DNA from: Spirochaetaceae bacterium
Lineage (GTDB): Bacteria; Spirochaetota; Spirochaetia; Treponematales; Breznakiellaceae
NCBI GenBank assembly: GCA_031280705.1
Contig: JAITGJ010000104.1
Coordinates: 1-33,452, forward strand
Length of the DNA stretch: 33,452 nucleotides
Direction of reading: 5' to 3'
Shown here: one piece after another, positions 33,160-33,452 of the stretch
How positions within the stretch are numbered: position 1 is the stretch's first letter
Layout of the letters: every line of letters starts with the position of its first letter
Program-made: the position numbers and the translations under genes
The notes under the pieces: generated by a model
Told to the model about the DNA's origin: nothing
Database searches by the model: none
Seen by the model: the letters and a program-made list of their open reading frames with translations, nothing else

Positions 33160-33452
33160 ATGGTCCCTTTTGACCCCCGCGCGATTACTATAGAACGAAA
33201 AGTTTATTCCCTCGACACGGTTATACGCCGGCTTAAAGACAAACGGATAAATATTCCTCCTGATTTTCAACGAAACGCCGTTTGGGATGAAAAAAGAAAA
33301 AGCCAGTTGATAGAATCCCTTATGCTGAATATCCCTATCGCTATTTTCTATGTCGCCGATGACGGAGATGGGAATTGGGATGTTGTGGACGGCTTGCAGC
33401 GCCTGACGGCGATAAAAGAATTTATTATAGATAAAAAACTCAAACTTCAAAA
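33160..33452 (+). CDS. DUF262 (ParB-like nuclease/NTPase superfamily) domain protein, 3'-truncated by the window edge
   Basis: This ORF is absent from the ORF track because it has no stop in the window. Frame 1 reads MVPFDPRAITIERKVYSLDTVIRRLKDKRINIPPDFQRNAVWDEKRKSQLIESLMLNIPIAIFYVADDGDGNWDVVDGLQRLTAIKEFII, which carries the DUF262 hallmarks (IP.FQR..VW, LI.S...G.PI, DG.QR.T). The frame opens after TGA at 33040-33042, and a TTG at 33055 is an alternative start. Confidence 0.75.
   Translation, partial: MVPFDPRAITIERKVYSLDTVIRRLKDKRINIPPDFQRNAVWDEKRKSQLIESLMLNIPIAIFYVADDGDGNWDVVDGLQRLTAIKEFIIDKKLKLQ

Noticed and set aside
33037-33450. 137-aa minus-strand ORF at the window end
   Set aside because: It is antisense to the open DUF262 reading frame, which has clear family motifs. 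The product is Phe/Ile/Asn-rich, typical of an AT-rich shadow frame.

Overview
This is a chromosomal, mostly housekeeping window from a high-G+C bacterium. Features present: scpA-scpB-rluB, a fused cmk-rpsA gene, a GAF-type sigma-54 activator, mreB-mreC-mreD-mrdA-rodA, a type-A RNase P RNA, a ykgJ-mltG-dnaG-rpoD block and several lipobox proteins. This content and order fit a Spirochaetota (Treponema/Spirochaeta-like) genome best, but the taxon is inference only. From 7.7 to 26.4 kb every gene is on the minus strand, in tightly coupled operons with 1-4 nt overlaps. I saw no transposase, integrase, CRISPR array, tRNA or rRNA, and I did not recognise a complete multi-gene system that is clearly novel. 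The best candidates for a second look are listed here. (1) An orphan 218-aa gene (24072-24728) sits downstream of six exactly phased 21-bp dyad-like repeats and a GGCAC-N5-TTGC sigma-54-type element. (2) An 801-aa fused radical-SAM/DUF2344 protein of unknown function is the last gene of the elongasome operon. (3) A visibly lower-G+C tail from about 29.9 kb to the window end encodes an Omp85-like barrel, a PglK-like ABC exporter and the 5' end of a DUF262 protein that runs off the window. (4) An omptin-like protease keeps its catalytic Asp/Asp and Asp/His pairs. (5) The rnpB gene is unusually long (about 495 nt) and lies directly behind a COG1579 zinc-ribbon gene. (6) Several promoters sit so close to start codons that the mRNAs would be leaderless. 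All family assignments come from reading motifs in the translations and recalling the families. No searches were run.
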